Part shown: positions 13,386-64,000 of the stretch, piece after piece | Layout of the letters: the number at the start of each line of letters is the position of its first letter | Numbering within the stretch: position 1 is the first letter of the stretch | Source: Octopus vulgaris | Taxonomy: Eukaryota | Direction: 5' to 3' | Length of the DNA: 64,000 nt | NCBI GenBank assembly: GCA_951406725.2 | Contig: OX597839.1 | Span: 35,340,001-35,404,000 of the forward strand | Notes under the pieces: generated by a model | What the model was told of the DNA's origin: nothing | What the model saw: the letters and a program-made list of their open reading frames with translations, nothing else | Databases searched by the model: none | Made by a program: the position numbers and the translations under genes

Positions 13386-13580
13386 ATCTTCCTGTCAAGA
13401 GTCCCAGATGAACCTACCTCACGGCAAGAGGTGCAAATGAGAGTAGCTATATCAAACTCCATTCTTCACCAAGTGCCACATATTAGACGAGGTTTGTCGT
13501 AATAACAGTGTAGCACAAAACGGCGGTGCATCAGCATGGCCGCAGCTCTGAGCTGAAACTAGAAAAGAAAAAAAAAATAC
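13386..13580 (+). mobile_element. 3' fragment of the same CR1-like LINE family, opposite orientation
   Basis: Translates to [18 protein letters not shown], similar to the ORF end at about 9900-10000, and has the same tail GGCGGTGC..CAGCATGGCC.CAGCT..GAGCTGAAACTA. Confidence 0.85.
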
Positions 13581-14458
13581 ATATATATATACGCACATAC
13601 ATATATACACACACATACATACATACATACATACATACATACACATATATATACATACATACACATATATACATACATATATATATACATATACACATAT
13701 ACATACACATATATACACATACACATACACATATATATACACATATACATACACATATATATACACATACACATACACATATACATACATACATACACAT
13801 ACATACATACATACATACATACACATACATACATACACATATATATATATATACATATATACGACGGGCTTCTTTCAGTTTCCGTCTACCAAACATACAT
13901 ACATACATACATACATGCCATGCAGTGGACTGAACCCGGAACATGTGGTTGGTTACATACATACCACACACATCCAGCACCTATAAATATAAATATATAT
14001 ATATATATATATATACATATATACGACGGGCTTCTTTCAGTTTCCGTCTACCAAATCCACTCACAAGGCATTGGTCGGCCCGGGGCTATAGCAGAAGACA
14101 CTTGCCCAAGGTGCCATGCAGTGGGACTGAACCCGGAACCATGTGGTTGGTTAACAAGCTACTTACCACACAGCCACTCCAGCACCTATAAATATAAATA
14201 TATATATATATATATATATACATATATACGACAGGCTTCTTTCAGTTTCCGTCTACCAAATCCACTCACAAGGCATTGGTCGGCCCGGGGCTATAGCAGA
14301 AGACACTTGCCCAAGGTGCCACGCAGTGGGACTGAACCCGGAACCATGTGGTTGGTTAGCAAGCTACCTACCACACAGCCACTCCTGTTTTTTTGTTTTC
14401 CATATATATATATATAAAAACACAAAAGAAATCTTTTAAAAAAAAAAATTCATTTATT

Positions 14459-62784
<48,326 letters not shown>

Positions 62785-63669
62785 CTGAAAAGGTAAAAAC
62801 GGACACGGTTCCAGTAAACTTCTGCAATACTGTGATCCCTGTATCAGGGAGTCCCTTAAATTACCAGTAACTCCAACCCTCCCACAATTCTCCTCTCCAA
62901 CTAAAGATCCCCGACAATTCAAGACGAACCCCAAATCATTCACACAAACATCTGCACATTTATGCATTAGATTTACATGTTACAGGTGTGACTGTGCAGT
63001 TGAAAAGCTCGCTTCGTAACCATGTGGTCTTGGGTTCAATTCCACTACATGACCCCTTGGACTAGTATCTTCTACTATAGCCCCAGGCTGACCACTGCTT
63101 TATGAGTGAATATGGTAGACAGAAACTAAAAAAAACCCATCATATATTTAAATCTTGAATTTTATATATTTTGTATATTATCATCATCATCATTATTTAG
63201 CGTCCGCTTTCCATGCTAGCATGGGTTGGACTGGTCAACTGGGGTCTGTGAAGCTGGAAGGCTTCGTCAGGCCCAGTCAGATCTGGCAGTGTTTCTACGG
63301 TTGGATGCCCTTCCTAACGCCAACCACTCCGCGAGTGTAGTGGGTGTTTTTTACGTGCCACCTGCACTGGTGCCAGACAGAGCTGGCGAACGGCCACGAA
63401 CGGATGGTGCTTTTACGTGTCACCGGCACGGGGGCCAGGCGATGCTGGCAACGGACACGAACGGATGGTGCTTTTACGTGCCACCGACACGGGGCCAGAC
63501 AGAGCTGGCAAACGGCCACGAACGGACGGTGCTTTTACGTGTCACCGGCACGGGGGCCAGTCGAGGCTTTTTATTTCTATGTATTGGTTTATGTTTTTCA
63601 CTGTTTGATTTGCCTAATAGTGGTTTTATCTGTAATTTAATTTAATTTAATTTATATATAAACTAGTTG

Positions 63670-63940
63670 TGATCCCTGGGCCGGTGGCACATAAAAAGCA
63701 CCATCCGAATGTGGCCGATGCCAGTGCCGCCTTGACTGGCTTCTGTGCCGGTGGCACGTAAAAAGCACTCACTACACTCATGGAGTGGTTGGCGTTAGGA
63801 AGGGCATCCAGCTGTAGAAACACTGCCAGATCAGACTGGAGCCTGGTGCAGCCTTCTGGCTTCCCAGATCCCCGGTCGAACCGTCCAACCCATGCAAGCA
63901 TGGAGAACAGACGTTAAACGACAATGATGATGATGATGAT
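63670..63940 (+). mobile_element. Retroposon family B with (GAT)n tail, RTE-type 3' end. Other copies at about 21660-21800(+), 24448-24720(+), 31420-31655(+), 33170-33350(-), 36607-37000(-), 41330-41620(+), 54200-54565(+), 63180-63570(-)
   Basis: Shared GGCACGTAAAAAGCACC internal repeats, AGGAAGGGCATCCAGC.GTAGAAA and 3' end CCGTCCAACCCATGCTAGCATGGAAAGCGGACGTTAAACGATGATG. Confidence 0.85.
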
Positions 63941-64000
63941 ATATATATATATTTATATATATATATATATATAAATTGAGGATATAATCATTAACATGAT

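Overview
AT-rich, repeat-dense animal genomic DNA. The SINE/LINE/microsatellite complement looks like coleoid cephalopod (Octopus-like) DNA; the species is inferred, not shown. The main feature is the 3' part of the 5'-3' exoribonuclease gene XRN1 on the minus strand: 22 coding exons traced by hand from 62784 down to the stop at 14459, all with GT-AG boundaries. Exon phases are consistent except for one break across a 100-N assembly gap flanked by satellites. A probable start exon of a second minus-strand gene lies at 1671-1730. Introns and intergenic DNA hold CR1 and RTE LINE remnants, several SINE families, piggyBac/mariner/hAT MITEs, satellites and long (TA/CA)n tracts, which explain most ORFs in the track. 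The most striking element is in an XRN1 intron: a near full-length 5S rRNA followed 13 nt later by an intact-looking tRNA-Leu(UAA), a T5 terminator and a retroelement 3' tail, inserted into an RTE remnant with a degenerate target-site duplication. It looks like a retrocopy of a dicistronic 5S-tRNA Pol III transcript. Also notable are in-frame duplicated splice donors at two XRN1 exons, several intronic hairpins, and a tandem array of tRNA-like units.
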